IMG/VR virus record: IMGVR_UViG_3300009082_000002
Location: 43,407 to 107,406 of that record
Length of the DNA: 64,000 nucleotides
From: a virus
Reading direction: 5' to 3' (one strand)
Part shown: positions 53,301 through 63,619 of the stretch, in pieces
Numbering within the stretch: position 1 is the first letter of the stretch
How the letters are laid out: each line of letters begins with the position of its first letter
Made by a program: the position numbers and the translations under genes
Notes under the pieces: generated by a model
The model's input: only the letters and a program-made list of their open reading frames with translations
Told to the model about the DNA's origin: nothing
Database searches by the model: none

Positions 53301-55469
53301 ATGGCGACCGTGACCGTGCCGAGCTTCAAGTTCGCCGTCTTCTTCTACCCGGAGATCCTCGCGGAGCTGCGGTCGTGGGTCCGGCTCAATGTTCCAGAGA
53401 TCACGAGTGAGAACGACTACGAGGTCGCGGTCCAGCTTATCAAGGCTTTCGCTCTGGTCGGTCACCTCAACAGCGTGAACACGGACGCGGCGGCCAACGA
53501 GGCGATCTTCGGGACCGCGAAACTTCTGGAGTCCGTGCGCCAGCACTTCAAACTCATCGGCGTTGAGCCCGACACGGCTTCGCCGTCGACGACGCTCGTC
53601 ATGCTTACGCTATCCAAGCACTTCGACGCCGCGACGGACATCGTCCAGCCTTACGCGCAAGTCGCCACGGAGCCCGCGGAGGGCGAGCCTGGCGTTGTCT
53701 TCGAGTACATCGCCGACGAGCCGCTTGGCGTGACGGTCTCGACGCACTGGCTCGCATACGTCTACGCCGTAGAAGCGTCGGTCTTCTCGGCCAACTTCGC
53801 GGCCGACGCGGAGAGCGGAACACCGTGGACCCCCTTCGCGAGTCTCGCAGCTGGTGACGCGATCTACTTCGGGCACCCCTCGATCTGGTGGCTCGGGATG
53901 GATGTGACCGTGAACACGCCAGGCGCAGACTACTTCGGTGTCTGGGAGTTCTATGCGGGCAACTGGGACCAGGGCGCGCCCGATGCGGTCACGGATCTCG
54001 GGAGTACGCTGCGCTTCGACTTGAACTCAATCCTCGGAGAGAACGATGTCAGCGGCGCGACTGTCCGCGTGATGCACAACCCGACTGGCGTGTACGAGGA
54101 CGTCGTGAGCACCTTCCTCGCCTCGACCAACGTCATCGAGACGGCCACTCTCCTCGGACAGACCTCACCATCCACGGACCCGGCAGACTACACGGTCGGC
54201 GCAGCTTGGCGGCCGTTCTCGGTCATCGACGACGACTCCTCCGACTTCCAAGACGCCGACGTTCACAGCGTCGCCTGGCACGCGCCGTTCCAGGTCGGGC
54301 AGGACTGGCAGCCGGTGACCGTCAACGGCGTCGAGGCGTTCTGGGTTCGCTGGCGCTGTGTCGAGGTTGGAACGCCGACCGAGCCCGTGCTGGAAGAAGT
54401 CACCCTGGAGCGCACACAAGCACACGGACTCCGCTTCCTGGTTACGCAGGGCCAGCTCGTCACCCAGGAGCCACTCGCGACGGGTACTGGCGAAGCTTCG
54501 CAACAGTACACGTTGGCCCGGACCGGATACATCGGGAGCACGCTCACCGTCGATGTTGATGGCGACCAATGGACCGAGGTCGAGAACTTTCTCAACAGCA
54601 GCTCGCTCGACCGGCACTTCACCGTGGAGGTTGGCGCGGACGATCTCGTGCTCGTCACCTTTGGCGACGGAACCAACGGCGCGATCCCGGCCGTGGGCGC
54701 GACCATCAACGCGTACTACCGCATCGGCGCCGACACGGATGGCAACGTGTCCGCGTGGTCCGTGGTGATCAACCGGTCTGGCATCCCCTACGTCAACAGT
54801 CTCGCCAACTACATTGAGGCCACAGGCTGGCGCCAGGCTCGCGGAAAGACCGCGGCAGATCTCGAGCTGCTGAAGGTCGAAGGCCCGGCCGAGATTCGCA
54901 CGCTGGGCCGCGCCTGCACGGACAAGGACTTCGAGACCGTCGCTCTCCTCTACACCGGAACCGGCGGCACTTCGCCAGTCGTCCGCGCCTTCGCCATCAT
55001 CAACGAGCTTGGGCCGAAGACGGTCGGCCTTCACGTCGTCGCTGCTGGCGCCGGTATTCTTTCCGCGGACACGCTGGAGGATCTCGCGGACTGGTTCAAC
55101 GGCGACGAGGACAAAGGATATGACCCGCGCATCCTTTCCAACTACAGCTTGAGCGCGCAGAACTACTCGCGTCGGCACATCACGGTCGAGGCCGTGGTTT
55201 ACGCGAAGGGTGTGACGGAAGGCCAGGTCAAAGCGGCATTGATGACCTTCCTCAACCCGCTCGCGGTCAATGCAGACGGGGTGACCTGGCGCTGGGACTT
55301 CGGCGAGAAGGTACCGCGAAACAAGATCATCTCGGCCATCGACGAAGTCGCACCAGACAAGATCACGGACCTTGTCCTTACGCAGCCGGCCGCCGACGAG
55401 TTCCTCAACCCGGATGAGCTGCCATACTGCGAGGCCGCGGACTTGCTGATCACGGTGGTGGAGGGCTAG
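53301..55469 (+). CDS. baseplate J-like protein
   Basis: NEAIFGTA, VTFGDG.NG.IP, YRIG..GNV, RACT..DFE, WDFGE. Confidence 0.85.
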   Translation: MATVTVPSFKFAVFFYPEILAELRSWVRLNVPEITSENDYEVAVQLIKAFALVGHLNSVNTDAAANEAIFGTAKLLESVRQHFKLIGVEPDTASPSTTLVMLTLSKHFDAATDIVQPYAQVATEPAEGEPGVVFEYIADEPLGVTVSTHWLAYVYAVEASVFSANFAADAESGTPWTPFASLAAGDAIYFGHPSIWWLGMDVTVNTPGADYFGVWEFYAGNWDQGAPDAVTDLGSTLRFDLNSILGENDVSGATVRVMHNPTGVYEDVVSTFLASTNVIETATLLGQTSPSTDPADYTVGAAWRPFSVIDDDSSDFQDADVHSVAWHAPFQVGQDWQPVTVNGVEAFWVRWRCVEVGTPTEPVLEEVTLERTQAHGLRFLVTQGQLVTQEPLATGTGEASQQYTLARTGYIGSTLTVDVDGDQWTEVENFLNSSSLDRHFTVEVGADDLVLVTFGDGTNGAIPAVGATINAYYRIGADTDGNVSAWSVVINRSGIPYVNSLANYIEATGWRQARGKTAADLELLKVEGPAEIRTLGRACTDKDFETVALLYTGTGGTSPVVRAFAIINELGPKTVGLHVVAAGAGILSADTLEDLADWFNGDEDKGYDPRILSNYSLSAQNYSRRHITVEAVVYAKGVTEGQVKAALMTFLNPLAVNADGVTWRWDFGEKVPRNKIISAIDEVAPDKITDLVLTQPAADEFLNPDELPYCEAADLLITVVEG

Positions 55470-55472
55470 AGC

Positions 55473-56930
55473 GTGGCGACCACGACGACGGGCGAGACTG
55501 CCTTCGTCCGCGACATCTACAAGCTCCTCCCGCAGTTCACGCGGATGGTGGATCAAGAGCAGGGGCTCAAGCTCCTGGAGCGGTACCTCCAGGGGATGAC
55601 CAACATCTGGGATTCCATGGCCGAGCGGATCGAGGATCTGCGCGGGTTGATGAACCCGCTCAACATCCCGGACGCAGTGCTTCGTCACGTCTTCCCGCTG
55701 CTCGGCTTCGGCGGGGATCTCTCGTACGTCTGGAACGCGCTCTCACCGACCGACCAGCGGCGGCTCATCTTCGCGGCCATCCCGCTCTGGCGTGCAAGCT
55801 CGACCGAGGCGGCGATTCGGATCGCTGCGCGGTTTCTGTCCGGCAAGCCTTTCTTCGTCCGCGGCGTCCACGACTTCTTGCCGGTTGCGGATGACCTCCT
55901 GATCGGCGTGAGCTACAACAGCAAGGCGATCTGGGTCGTGGGCGAGGACCCCTCTCCGTTCAATATGGACAGCATCGACCTACACATCGTCGACGAGGGT
56001 GACATTGATCACACCCTGCTGCGAAACTTGCTCGACATCACGCGGCCGGCTGGCGAGAAAATCGTGATCGTGTACGCAGACTTCCTCGACCGCTTCCGCG
56101 ATGACACGCTCTCGCAGTGGACAGAGTTGTCTGGCTCGACCATCACCTGCGATGGCGATGGCCAGGTGACGCTCGGTCCCGGACCGGCTGCGTTGATCAC
56201 GAACTCTGTCAACTCGCCTTTCGCCGATCTCTGCCTGCTCTGGACCGCAACGACGCGCGACACCGATCCGGCGTCGAATTATAGGATGGCCTTCGTCCGC
56301 GGCTCTGACATCGGCGGCGCGGCGATGGTAGGGTACATGTTCGCCTGGCTGCCGTACCCGGTCGCAGGAGCAGGGATTGGAACGTGGGGCGTCGCTCGCT
56401 TCGCAGCCGGTGTACCGACGATGCTGATGGGCGGTTCTTTCGCACTGGCTGACGACCATGAGTTCCACTTCTCGCTCTACTGCTACGAAACCACTGGCGG
56501 CACGCTTCTCCGCGCGACCATTGACGGTGAGATGGTGGGCCAGCACATCGACGCCACGCCAGGGCGGCCGCTCTCCGGGGACGTCGCCTTCGCGAACGAG
56601 ATGAGCGGTGGCCCTGGCTCTGTCGAGATCGGTGCCGTCGAGGTGCTGCCGCAGCCTCCGGTCCTGGAGCTGGTCGCGCGCAAGCTCCAGGTCGCTCCGA
56701 CACGCGTCACGCTCAACGGCGGCGAGACCCTCACGCTCACCGGCCGCGGCGGCGCGGAAGACTACTTCTGGTCAATTCCGATCAACAACTCCGGTGCGAG
56801 CGTCGTGAAGCTGGACAACGACGAGGCGGAATACTCCGCTGGCTTCCCGGGCTCGACCGTGGTAGATACGGTCCGAGCGACTGACGCGTTCGGAAACTCG
56901 GCCGAGATTCAAGTCACGGTCGAGCCGTAG
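55473..56930 (+). CDS. baseplate wedge (P2 gpI-like) with C-terminal beta-sandwich domains
   Basis: IYKLLP, LLERYL, RRLI..AIPLW, RPAG. Confidence 0.7.
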   Translation: MATTTTGETAFVRDIYKLLPQFTRMVDQEQGLKLLERYLQGMTNIWDSMAERIEDLRGLMNPLNIPDAVLRHVFPLLGFGGDLSYVWNALSPTDQRRLIFAAIPLWRASSTEAAIRIAARFLSGKPFFVRGVHDFLPVADDLLIGVSYNSKAIWVVGEDPSPFNMDSIDLHIVDEGDIDHTLLRNLLDITRPAGEKIVIVYADFLDRFRDDTLSQWTELSGSTITCDGDGQVTLGPGPAALITNSVNSPFADLCLLWTATTRDTDPASNYRMAFVRGSDIGGAAMVGYMFAWLPYPVAGAGIGTWGVARFAAGVPTMLMGGSFALADDHEFHFSLYCYETTGGTLLRATIDGEMVGQHIDATPGRPLSGDVAFANEMSGGPGSVEIGAVEVLPQPPVLELVARKLQVAPTRVTLNGGETLTLTGRGGAEDYFWSIPINNSGASVVKLDNDEAEYSAGFPGSTVVDTVRATDAFGNSAEIQVTVEP

Positions 56931-56940
56931 GGAGGACGAC

Positions 56941-59900
56941 ATGGCGACGGGCGAGAAGCTCATCAACATGTACAACAAGAAGGTGACCACGGGGTCGCAG
57001 CTCCGTGAGAACTGGATCGAGTACTTCGAGCAACTCATCGAGGACAACCTCGCGGCTCTGTACCCGGCCAGCGGCTTCTTCTCCGCGCCGACGCTCTCAT
57101 ACCCGGGCGCTGGCACCTTCCAGATCAGCAGCTATGCCGGTCTCCAGTCAAGCGGCGTGGAACCCATCCGCCGATATGACTACGCGGGCGGCGACTCCGT
57201 CGTCTTTGAGGATGCGAACGGGACCGACTACTGGGTCCAGAGCTGGCTGTCGTTCTGCCCGGAGTTCGCCGCGGCTGGACTCGAAGGCTCGCCCGCGTTC
57301 GCGAATTATCACTACACGCACCTTGAAGAAAAGGTCGGCTTGCTGGACGAGCCGGACAGCGTGAGCGACCTCGGACCGGGTGTGCGGTTCATCATCGACG
57401 GCGTGCTGACCGCTGGCGAGGGCACGGCCTTCGATCAGTCCGGTCGTGAAGTCACGGTCATGCTCTGGCCCGATCCGAAGTCCCTCGATCCTGCTGTGGC
57501 CTTCCAGACGCTCACGGTTCAGTGGAGCGGCACGCAGAACTATGTTGACGCGCCCGACTACATGGGCGACGCGGCCATCCGCACCGCGAGCGAGTACCGC
57601 GTCTTCGTCCCGGTCTGCTCGGTCAGCAACGCCGCACCGACTGGCGACGGCAACTGGACCGCGAAGATCACGAGCAACGCGCCCGCCGCTCCGACCTTCG
57701 ACTACAGCAACCAAGTCATCCTCGGCTTCTCGCCATCCACGATCTCCTCGGCGTTCCAGCGCGAGCACGTTCTGGCTGGTGGTGCGGACGACGGTCTTCA
57801 CAAGGACGTCAACGCGCTCAACTACGGAAACCGAAGCGCGGCCGAAGGCGGCAGTGCCGGCATCAAGCTCGACTTTACGGCAGTCGATGCGAATGACTAC
57901 GGCGACCAACAGGTCCAGCGAGACCACATCGGCGACCTTCGCTGGGCAGTGGATAGCTATGGTCGGGCGCAGCAGGTCGGCGACGACGCGGACCTCGCCA
58001 GCACCGACTGGCCGTTCCAGTTCAGTCAGGTCTTTGGCTACTCCGGCGAAGGAAAGAACGTACTGGCGCGTGCGCAACTTCTCGGCGAGGACGACAACTA
58101 TATCCAATCGGACTCGTCGATCGTGCGGTACATCGGCGGCGGGTCGTATCCGGAAGGAATGACCGCAACGACGAAGACCGGCGGGGCCATCGACATCAGC
58201 GGCGTGCCGGACCTCACGACCGATGTGGTTCTTCCTGCCATCGGCGGGTTCGGTTTTCTGGTTCAGGTGGGCAACTGCGTCGATCCGACGCGCGACGGCT
58301 GGTACTCTGCAGAAGTCGCGGATGCAGATACGATCAACGTCTGGAAGCTGGACGGCAGCTCGACCGGGTGGAGCGGTGACCAGGCGGCCGAGGTGACGTT
58401 CTACCTCGCTCGGCGGTCGGTGCTCGCGAGGGAAGATAGCGACGCCACGGAGATGCTTCACCTCCTGACATCACCTCACCCGAGCGTCATGTGCCAGGGA
58501 AATTTCGTCGTCGACAACCCGCTCGATGTCGGTACGAATCAGTTTCTCGGATGGGGCTTCGCCTACTACGACCTCAACCGCGAGCGTTTCCTTTTCGAGG
58601 CACGCGCAAGCGGTGCTGCCGCGGCGATGAGCTTCGCCAGCACGGACGAGGTTCTGGCAGATCCGACGAGTGGTGTCACGGGACCGGACGAGCGATACAG
58701 CGGACTCAAGGCTGGCGGCTACGCGAGCAACGAAGGCGATCTGCTTCTCTTCACGGGCAATGATTCCAGTGGCGCGGTTTACCTGGGCCAGCCGCATGAA
58801 GGTGCGACGTGGAGCTGGCTCACGTTCGATGATCTCTTCATGATGCTCACGTCCGTCGACAACTATTCGATGAAGAACTTGCTGCCGTGGACGGCCAACC
58901 TCAATCTCGGCAGTGTGCTCCAGCCGTGGGATGTCTACGCTCACGACTTGCGCGTTGATGGCACCGTCACTGGTAACCTGGTTCCCTTCGCGGCCAGCAA
59001 CGATCTCGGTGATGGCGCACATCCCTGGGACGCATTCCTGGACAACATCACCATCAGCGGCGAGATCACCGGCAACCTTGTACCGGTCTCGGCCGGAAGC
59101 GATCTCGGTGATGGTGCACATCCCTGGGACGCGTATCTCGACAATATCACTATCAGCGGCGAGCTCACCGGCAACCTGACGCCGAGTATCAACTCGGACG
59201 GCTCGACCGGCTACGACATCGGCGGCACGGCCGCGCGCTGGCGCGACCTCTACGCCTTCGATGGTCGCTTCTATGACGCGCTCGAAGCGGACGGGAACTG
59301 CGACTTCGGTCACTCAAGCCCGGCGACGACTTCGGTCCTCCGCGGGAACTGGAGCCTTGGCGGCAACGTCGCAGACGACTTCACCATCCTCGCGGAGGAC
59401 TTCAACCCGGACGCGGACGACGCAACCCACCTCGGCCTTTACAACACCGAGAGCGGACTCCTGCGGCGGTACGAGTGGATCGTGGCCGTCGAGTGGTGGT
59501 GCGGCGAGAAGATCCACCAGGGCACCGAGTACGACAAGAGCGCCTTCACGACCGGCAGCGCGCTCTCCGGTGGCCGCGCCGAGGTCTACATCATGTCGGC
59601 CTATGATGCGAACTTCAGTTCGGGCGTCTGGGACATTGTCAACGATGCGTTGGATATGCCAGAGAGCACCAGCGGTGTCGCTTTCATTCCTATCGACTTT
59701 CAGGACGACATGATCGCCGAGAAGATCACATATCGGTACTATCGGGACGCATCCGCAACCTTGACCCTGGACTTCGGTTACTGGAGCGGCAGCTCATCGG
59801 CCGATTGGGCCTGGAACTCCGTGCAAGTGCTGACCACGGCTGGCTCTAGCTGGACCGGATACAGCGGCACCACGATGAACAAGTACGTCCGGCGGTCGCT

Positions 59901-60006
59901 CGGACGGTGGGGCGTCCGAATCGACGGCACGACCGGCGCGGGCGAAACCGTGAAACTTTCTTTCCTGCGGATCGACGGGCTGATCGATAACTGCATCACC
60001 CATTAA
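56941..60006 (+). CDS. tail fibre / receptor-binding protein
   Basis: 1021 aa after the baseplate; GNLVP..DLG...W shaft repeats. Confidence 0.7.
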   Translation: MATGEKLINMYNKKVTTGSQLRENWIEYFEQLIEDNLAALYPASGFFSAPTLSYPGAGTFQISSYAGLQSSGVEPIRRYDYAGGDSVVFEDANGTDYWVQSWLSFCPEFAAAGLEGSPAFANYHYTHLEEKVGLLDEPDSVSDLGPGVRFIIDGVLTAGEGTAFDQSGREVTVMLWPDPKSLDPAVAFQTLTVQWSGTQNYVDAPDYMGDAAIRTASEYRVFVPVCSVSNAAPTGDGNWTAKITSNAPAAPTFDYSNQVILGFSPSTISSAFQREHVLAGGADDGLHKDVNALNYGNRSAAEGGSAGIKLDFTAVDANDYGDQQVQRDHIGDLRWAVDSYGRAQQVGDDADLASTDWPFQFSQVFGYSGEGKNVLARAQLLGEDDNYIQSDSSIVRYIGGGSYPEGMTATTKTGGAIDISGVPDLTTDVVLPAIGGFGFLVQVGNCVDPTRDGWYSAEVADADTINVWKLDGSSTGWSGDQAAEVTFYLARRSVLAREDSDATEMLHLLTSPHPSVMCQGNFVVDNPLDVGTNQFLGWGFAYYDLNRERFLFEARASGAAAAMSFASTDEVLADPTSGVTGPDERYSGLKAGGYASNEGDLLLFTGNDSSGAVYLGQPHEGATWSWLTFDDLFMMLTSVDNYSMKNLLPWTANLNLGSVLQPWDVYAHDLRVDGTVTGNLVPFAASNDLGDGAHPWDAFLDNITISGEITGNLVPVSAGSDLGDGAHPWDAYLDNITISGELTGNLTPSINSDGSTGYDIGGTAARWRDLYAFDGRFYDALEADGNCDFGHSSPATTSVLRGNWSLGGNVADDFTILAEDFNPDADDATHLGLYNTESGLLRRYEWIVAVEWWCGEKIHQGTEYDKSAFTTGSALSGGRAEVYIMSAYDANFSSGVWDIVNDALDMPESTSGVAFIPIDFQDDMIAEKITYRYYRDASATLTLDFGYWSGSSSADWAWNSVQVLTTAGSSWTGYSGTTMNKYVRRSLGRWGVRIDGTTGAGETVKLSFLRIDGLIDNCITH
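59002..59178 (+). repeat. 99-bp (33-aa) tandem duplication in the fibre gene
   Basis: DLGDGAHPWDA[FY]LDNITISGE[IL]TGNL starting at 59002 and 59101. Confidence 0.85.
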
Positions 60007-60043
60007 CAGGCCGCGCGAAGCGGTACTGACTGGAGGTGCTCGC

Positions 60044-60553
60044 ATGGGAAATCTGAAGAAGAAGATCGCGGCGCAAGTCGGCGGGGTCAAGGCGCGGCAG
60101 GCGCGGCACGAGCGCGAGCAGCCGCCGGACCCGAAGGCGAAGGTGGTCCCGCTCATGCCTGGCAAGCTGGGCAGCGTGACCAGCTCTGGCGACAAGTCGC
60201 TGGATGACGAGCTGAACCGCCTGCTCGCAGCGCCGCCGGAGAAGGTCGAGGACCCGGTGCTGGCGTACCTGCTCAAGCAATGGCAGCCTGCGGCCATCCT
60301 CTTCGGCGGGTCGCAGGGACAGGTCGAGCGGCTTCAACGGCAGCTCGATCTCGCGCGCCGCGAAGCGACCAAGGCGCACGGCGGCGTGAGCGCGGTCGAG
60401 AAGATGCTCTTCGACCGGCTGCGCGAGAAGCAGTCCGCGGGCGCCATCCGCTGCGAAGGATGCGGCGAGACCAGCGAGACCCTTCACGTCACGGGCCAGG
60501 GCGCGAAGCTCTGCCCGGCGTGCTACGAGAAGCAGGGGGCCGCGCAGCAGTAG
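60044..60553 (+). CDS. hypothetical protein, coiled coil plus C-terminal Zn finger
   Basis: CEGCG..CPAC; GGAGG SD. Confidence 0.6.
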   Translation: MGNLKKKIAAQVGGVKARQARHEREQPPDPKAKVVPLMPGKLGSVTSSGDKSLDDELNRLLAAPPEKVEDPVLAYLLKQWQPAAILFGGSQGQVERLQRQLDLARREATKAHGGVSAVEKMLFDRLREKQSAGAIRCEGCGETSETLHVTGQGAKLCPACYEKQGAAQQ

Positions 60554-60572
60554 CGGCCAGAAGGAGGAGCGG

Positions 60573-60929
60573 ATGGAACAGGCAATCGCAACAGCACTCG
60601 CGCGTCTCTTCGGATGGGACGTGCTCTCGCTCGCGGGCGGGATCTACTTCCTCATGGTCGGGCTCAAGATCATGCTGGGCGAGGAGACCAAAGACGGACC
60701 ACTGATCAACCGGCTCCTGTTCGTCGCGCCCTTCCTGTTCTGCATCGGGCTCGCCTTTCTCCCCGGCATGTTCGAGGACGTGACCGCGGCCGGTGCGAAG
60801 CTACGCATGGGACTATGGACTGGTGGCCTCTCGATGTTCTACCACCTCATCATCAAGTTCATCTTCGGCGACAAGGCCCGCGCCAAGATCCAGGGCAAGG
60901 TTAGCTCGCTGATCGAAAAGGGGAAGTGA
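60573..60929 (+). CDS. holin-like membrane protein
   Basis: About 3 TM segments, basic C-terminus, after the tail genes. Confidence 0.55.
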   Translation: MEQAIATALARLFGWDVLSLAGGIYFLMVGLKIMLGEETKDGPLINRLLFVAPFLFCIGLAFLPGMFEDVTAAGAKLRMGLWTGGLSMFYHLIIKFIFGDKARAKIQGKVSSLIEKGK

Positions 60930-61141
60930 GTATGGCCGACGACGCCAAGCGGTGCACCGCGAAGACCGAGGTCTACTCCCGTGTCTGCGGCTTCTACCGC
61001 CCGGTCCAGGAGTGGAACCGCGGCAAGCGATCCGAGTTCGCGGATCGCAAGACCTTCGACGTCGGGCGCGCTCTGCAGGTGGCCAAGGAGGGAAAGGAGG
61101 CCAAGCCGGACGAGGAGCAACCATGCTCAAGCAACGGCTGA
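60926..61141 (+). CDS. stand-alone C-terminal glycyl-radical domain of class III ribonucleotide reductase
   Basis: TEVYSRVCGFYRPVQEWNRGKRSEFADR matches the NrdD C-terminal RVxGY motif region. Confidence 0.8.
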   Translation: MSMADDAKRCTAKTEVYSRVCGFYRPVQEWNRGKRSEFADRKTFDVGRALQVAKEGKEAKPDEEQPCSSNG

Positions 61142-61476
61142 TCAACATCGCGCTGCGCCTGAAGCGCGCGAGCTGGAGGACGTGGCTCGTCGTCGCGGTT
61201 CTCGTGCTCGTGATCTTCGTGATTCTGCGATTCGTCCTCGGCGGCTTCCTGCGGCATCTCTTCTCGACGCCCGAGCAACGGACCCAGGCTGCGGCACTCA
61301 AAGCGGCAGGCCGGCTGGAGACCAGCATCGCCGCCACGCGAGATCGCATCCGCCAGGCCTCGGCCGAGATCGAGGCCCGCGCGGAGGAGCTCGACGAGAT
61401 CAAGGCCTTGCCCGACAAGCAGGCCCGGCTCGCCCGGCTCGCCGCTCTCTCGAACCGCTCCGCTCGCGGGCGTTGA
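61123..61476 (+). CDS. membrane-anchored coiled-coil protein (i-spanin-like topology)
   Basis: Basic N-terminus, one TM helix, coiled coil; GAGGAG SD. Confidence 0.5.
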   Translation: MLKQRLINIALRLKRASWRTWLVVAVLVLVIFVILRFVLGGFLRHLFSTPEQRTQAAALKAAGRLETSIAATRDRIRQASAEIEARAEELDEIKALPDKQARLARLAALSNRSARGR

Positions 61477-61524
61477 CCCGCCAGGAGCCACGAACACCGG
61501 CTCTGACCGGTAAGGAGGTCGCAG

Positions 61525-62034
61525 ATGGGGGAGATCGCCTGTCCTGGGCCACGCTGGAGCACCCTGGCCCTGGTCCTGACCGTTGCCTTGCTGGCAGTTC
61601 CGGCTACCGGCCGGGCAGAGGACTTGAACCTGCGTTCAGGTATCCGCGTCGAGCTGAAGGACCTGCCGGAGTTCCAGCTTCCGCAGGACCCGCGGCCGGT
61701 GCCCGCGCACGTCCCGGAGAATGTCCCGCTCGCCGCTGGCCAGGCCGCGCCTTTCGATGGAGTCCTGGTCAGCGAGGAGTGGATGCGCTGGCACCTAGAG
61801 CTTGAAAACCAGCGCGCTCGGCTGAAGGTCCAGGCCGAGGCCGTTATCTACCTTACCTCGCGGCTGCAGGCGCAATGTCTCGAAGGCCTCGCGGAGACTG
61901 CGGAGCAGGCCAAGACCCCGTGGTGGGAGTCGCCGTCGTTGAACCGGTGGGGCGGATTCCTCATCGGCGTGGCCGTCACCATTGGCGTGATTTTCGCCGC
62001 AGACGAGATCAACGACCACATCGACCGAAGCTAG
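61525..62034 (+). CDS. exported protein with C-terminal membrane anchor
   Basis: Signal peptide ending GRA|ED, coiled coil, C-terminal TM; AAGGAGG SD. Confidence 0.55.
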   Translation: MGEIACPGPRWSTLALVLTVALLAVPATGRAEDLNLRSGIRVELKDLPEFQLPQDPRPVPAHVPENVPLAAGQAAPFDGVLVSEEWMRWHLELENQRARLKVQAEAVIYLTSRLQAQCLEGLAETAEQAKTPWWESPSLNRWGGFLIGVAVTIGVIFAADEINDHIDRS

Positions 62035-62134
62035 CCCGAGCCCGCACCAGGCGCAGCTTGCCGCGCGCTGGTCATCGGCAGCCACCGTTCGCTAACCATC
62101 AGGCCGGAGCGGGCGCGCGCCATCGGAGGTTTTG

Positions 62135-63619
62135 GTGTCCGCAATCAAGCTCATCGTCGGCGACACGAAGACGACCATCCAAGGCGCGGACAAGGCGACG
62201 ATCAAGCTTCTCGACGAGCGGACCTCATACCGGATCGAGGGCGCGCACTTCAGCTCGTCTTTCAAGCGGCGCACCTGGGACGGGAAGGTCCACACGCTCC
62301 GCTATTCCGCACGGTACGGTCTGCGCCTGTACACTGGGCTTGCGCCGCTGGCCGTGCGCTGGCTGGAGAACCACGGACACACCGTCGAGGTCATCGACTC
62401 GCGCCGGCCGCCGACTCGAACTGCGCGGCTGCGCTGGCTCGCGGACGACCTGCAGCTCTACCCACACCAAGCGAAAGCGGTCAAGGCCCTCGTCAACCCG
62501 AGCCGCGCCGTGCCTGGCCGCGGGATGCTCCAGTCCGCGGTGCGCAGCGGAAAGACGGTCATCGCCGCAGGCGTCATTTACACCACGCAGGCGAGGACGA
62601 TCTTCCTCGTCGACCAGGAACGGCAATTCAAGCAGACCGTGAAATTATTTCGACGGATTTTCGGGTATGACGCAGTCGGCGGCGTCGGCAGCGGGCTGTC
62701 CGAGTACGGCCACCCGATCACGGTCGCGATGGTGCAGACCCTCTACCAGCGCCGGAAGTGGGCCGAGATCAAGCGGCTGCTGAGGTCGGTGGACTTGGTC
62801 TTTGCCGACGAGTGTCACCACCTGAAGAACGCAGAGACCTTCAAGCTACCGATGCGCAACTCCGACGCCTACTACAAATTCGGCCTCTCCGCGACGATCT
62901 ACATCTCACACAAGGGCGACGACAACGAGAAGGGCGCGGTCTGGCTACAAGCACTGACTGGCCCGCGGCTGCACTCCGTCAGCACGCGCAAGCTCATCGA
63001 GCTCGGCTTCCTTGTGCCGGCCACGGTGCGGATGCTGAAGGTCAACGGACCCGAGGTCGTCAGCGGCGACTGGCACAAAGTCCAGGACGACGGCATCGTC
63101 CGACACGAGACACGCAACCGGCTCGCGGCGCTCATGGCGCGGCGCCGTCTAGCGTGCGGCCGACGCGTGCTCGTTATTGCGCATCGGCTAGAACATCTCG
63201 ACATCCTCGAGACGCAGTTCGCCATTCAGGGCATTGCTGACCAGGTGGTCCGCGTCGATGGCCGCGTACCTTCCGAAGAACGCGACGAGCGCGTGCGCCG
63301 CTTCGTCAGCGGCGAGCGACCACTTCTGCTGGGCAACGTCTTCAGGGAGGCTGTCGACATCCCAGCTATCGAGGATGTCATCGTCTGCGAGGGTGGAAAG
63401 GATCGCAAGGCCGCGATCCAGAGGATGCGGAACCTCACGCCCAGCGACGGCAAAGCGAAGCGCGTGTATCTTTACGACTTCGCCGACCTGCACAACCCGA
63501 TCCTCGCTGCGCACTCGGCCGCGCGGCTGAAGGCGTACAAGGCCGAAGGGTGTTTTGACTTCCAGGTGGTGGACTTCGAGAAGAAGCGACGCGCGAACGC
63601 GCGTCGTCGGAGACCTTGA
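62135..63619 (+). CDS. SF2 DNA helicase (UvsW/XPB-like)
   Basis: LYPHQ, RSGKT, DECHH, GLSAT, VDG, AVDIP, YDFAD. Confidence 0.88.
   Translation: MSAIKLIVGDTKTTIQGADKATIKLLDERTSYRIEGAHFSSSFKRRTWDGKVHTLRYSARYGLRLYTGLAPLAVRWLENHGHTVEVIDSRRPPTRTARLRWLADDLQLYPHQAKAVKALVNPSRAVPGRGMLQSAVRSGKTVIAAGVIYTTQARTIFLVDQERQFKQTVKLFRRIFGYDAVGGVGSGLSEYGHPITVAMVQTLYQRRKWAEIKRLLRSVDLVFADECHHLKNAETFKLPMRNSDAYYKFGLSATIYISHKGDDNEKGAVWLQALTGPRLHSVSTRKLIELGFLVPATVRMLKVNGPEVVSGDWHKVQDDGIVRHETRNRLAALMARRRLACGRRVLVIAHRLEHLDILETQFAIQGIADQVVRVDGRVPSEERDERVRRFVSGERPLLLGNVFREAVDIPAIEDVIVCEGGKDRKAAIQRMRNLTPSDGKAKRVYLYDFADLHNPILAAHSAARLKAYKAEGCFDFQVVDFEKKRRANARRRRP

Noticed and set aside
41208-56930. Tailocin or extracellular contractile injection system
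   Set aside because: Terminase, portal and capsid genes are present, so this is a phage tail
56941-60006. Diversity-generating retroelement targeting the fibre
   Set aside because: No reverse transcriptase; the 99-bp duplication is in-frame and tandem and differs mostly at synonymous positions rather than adenines
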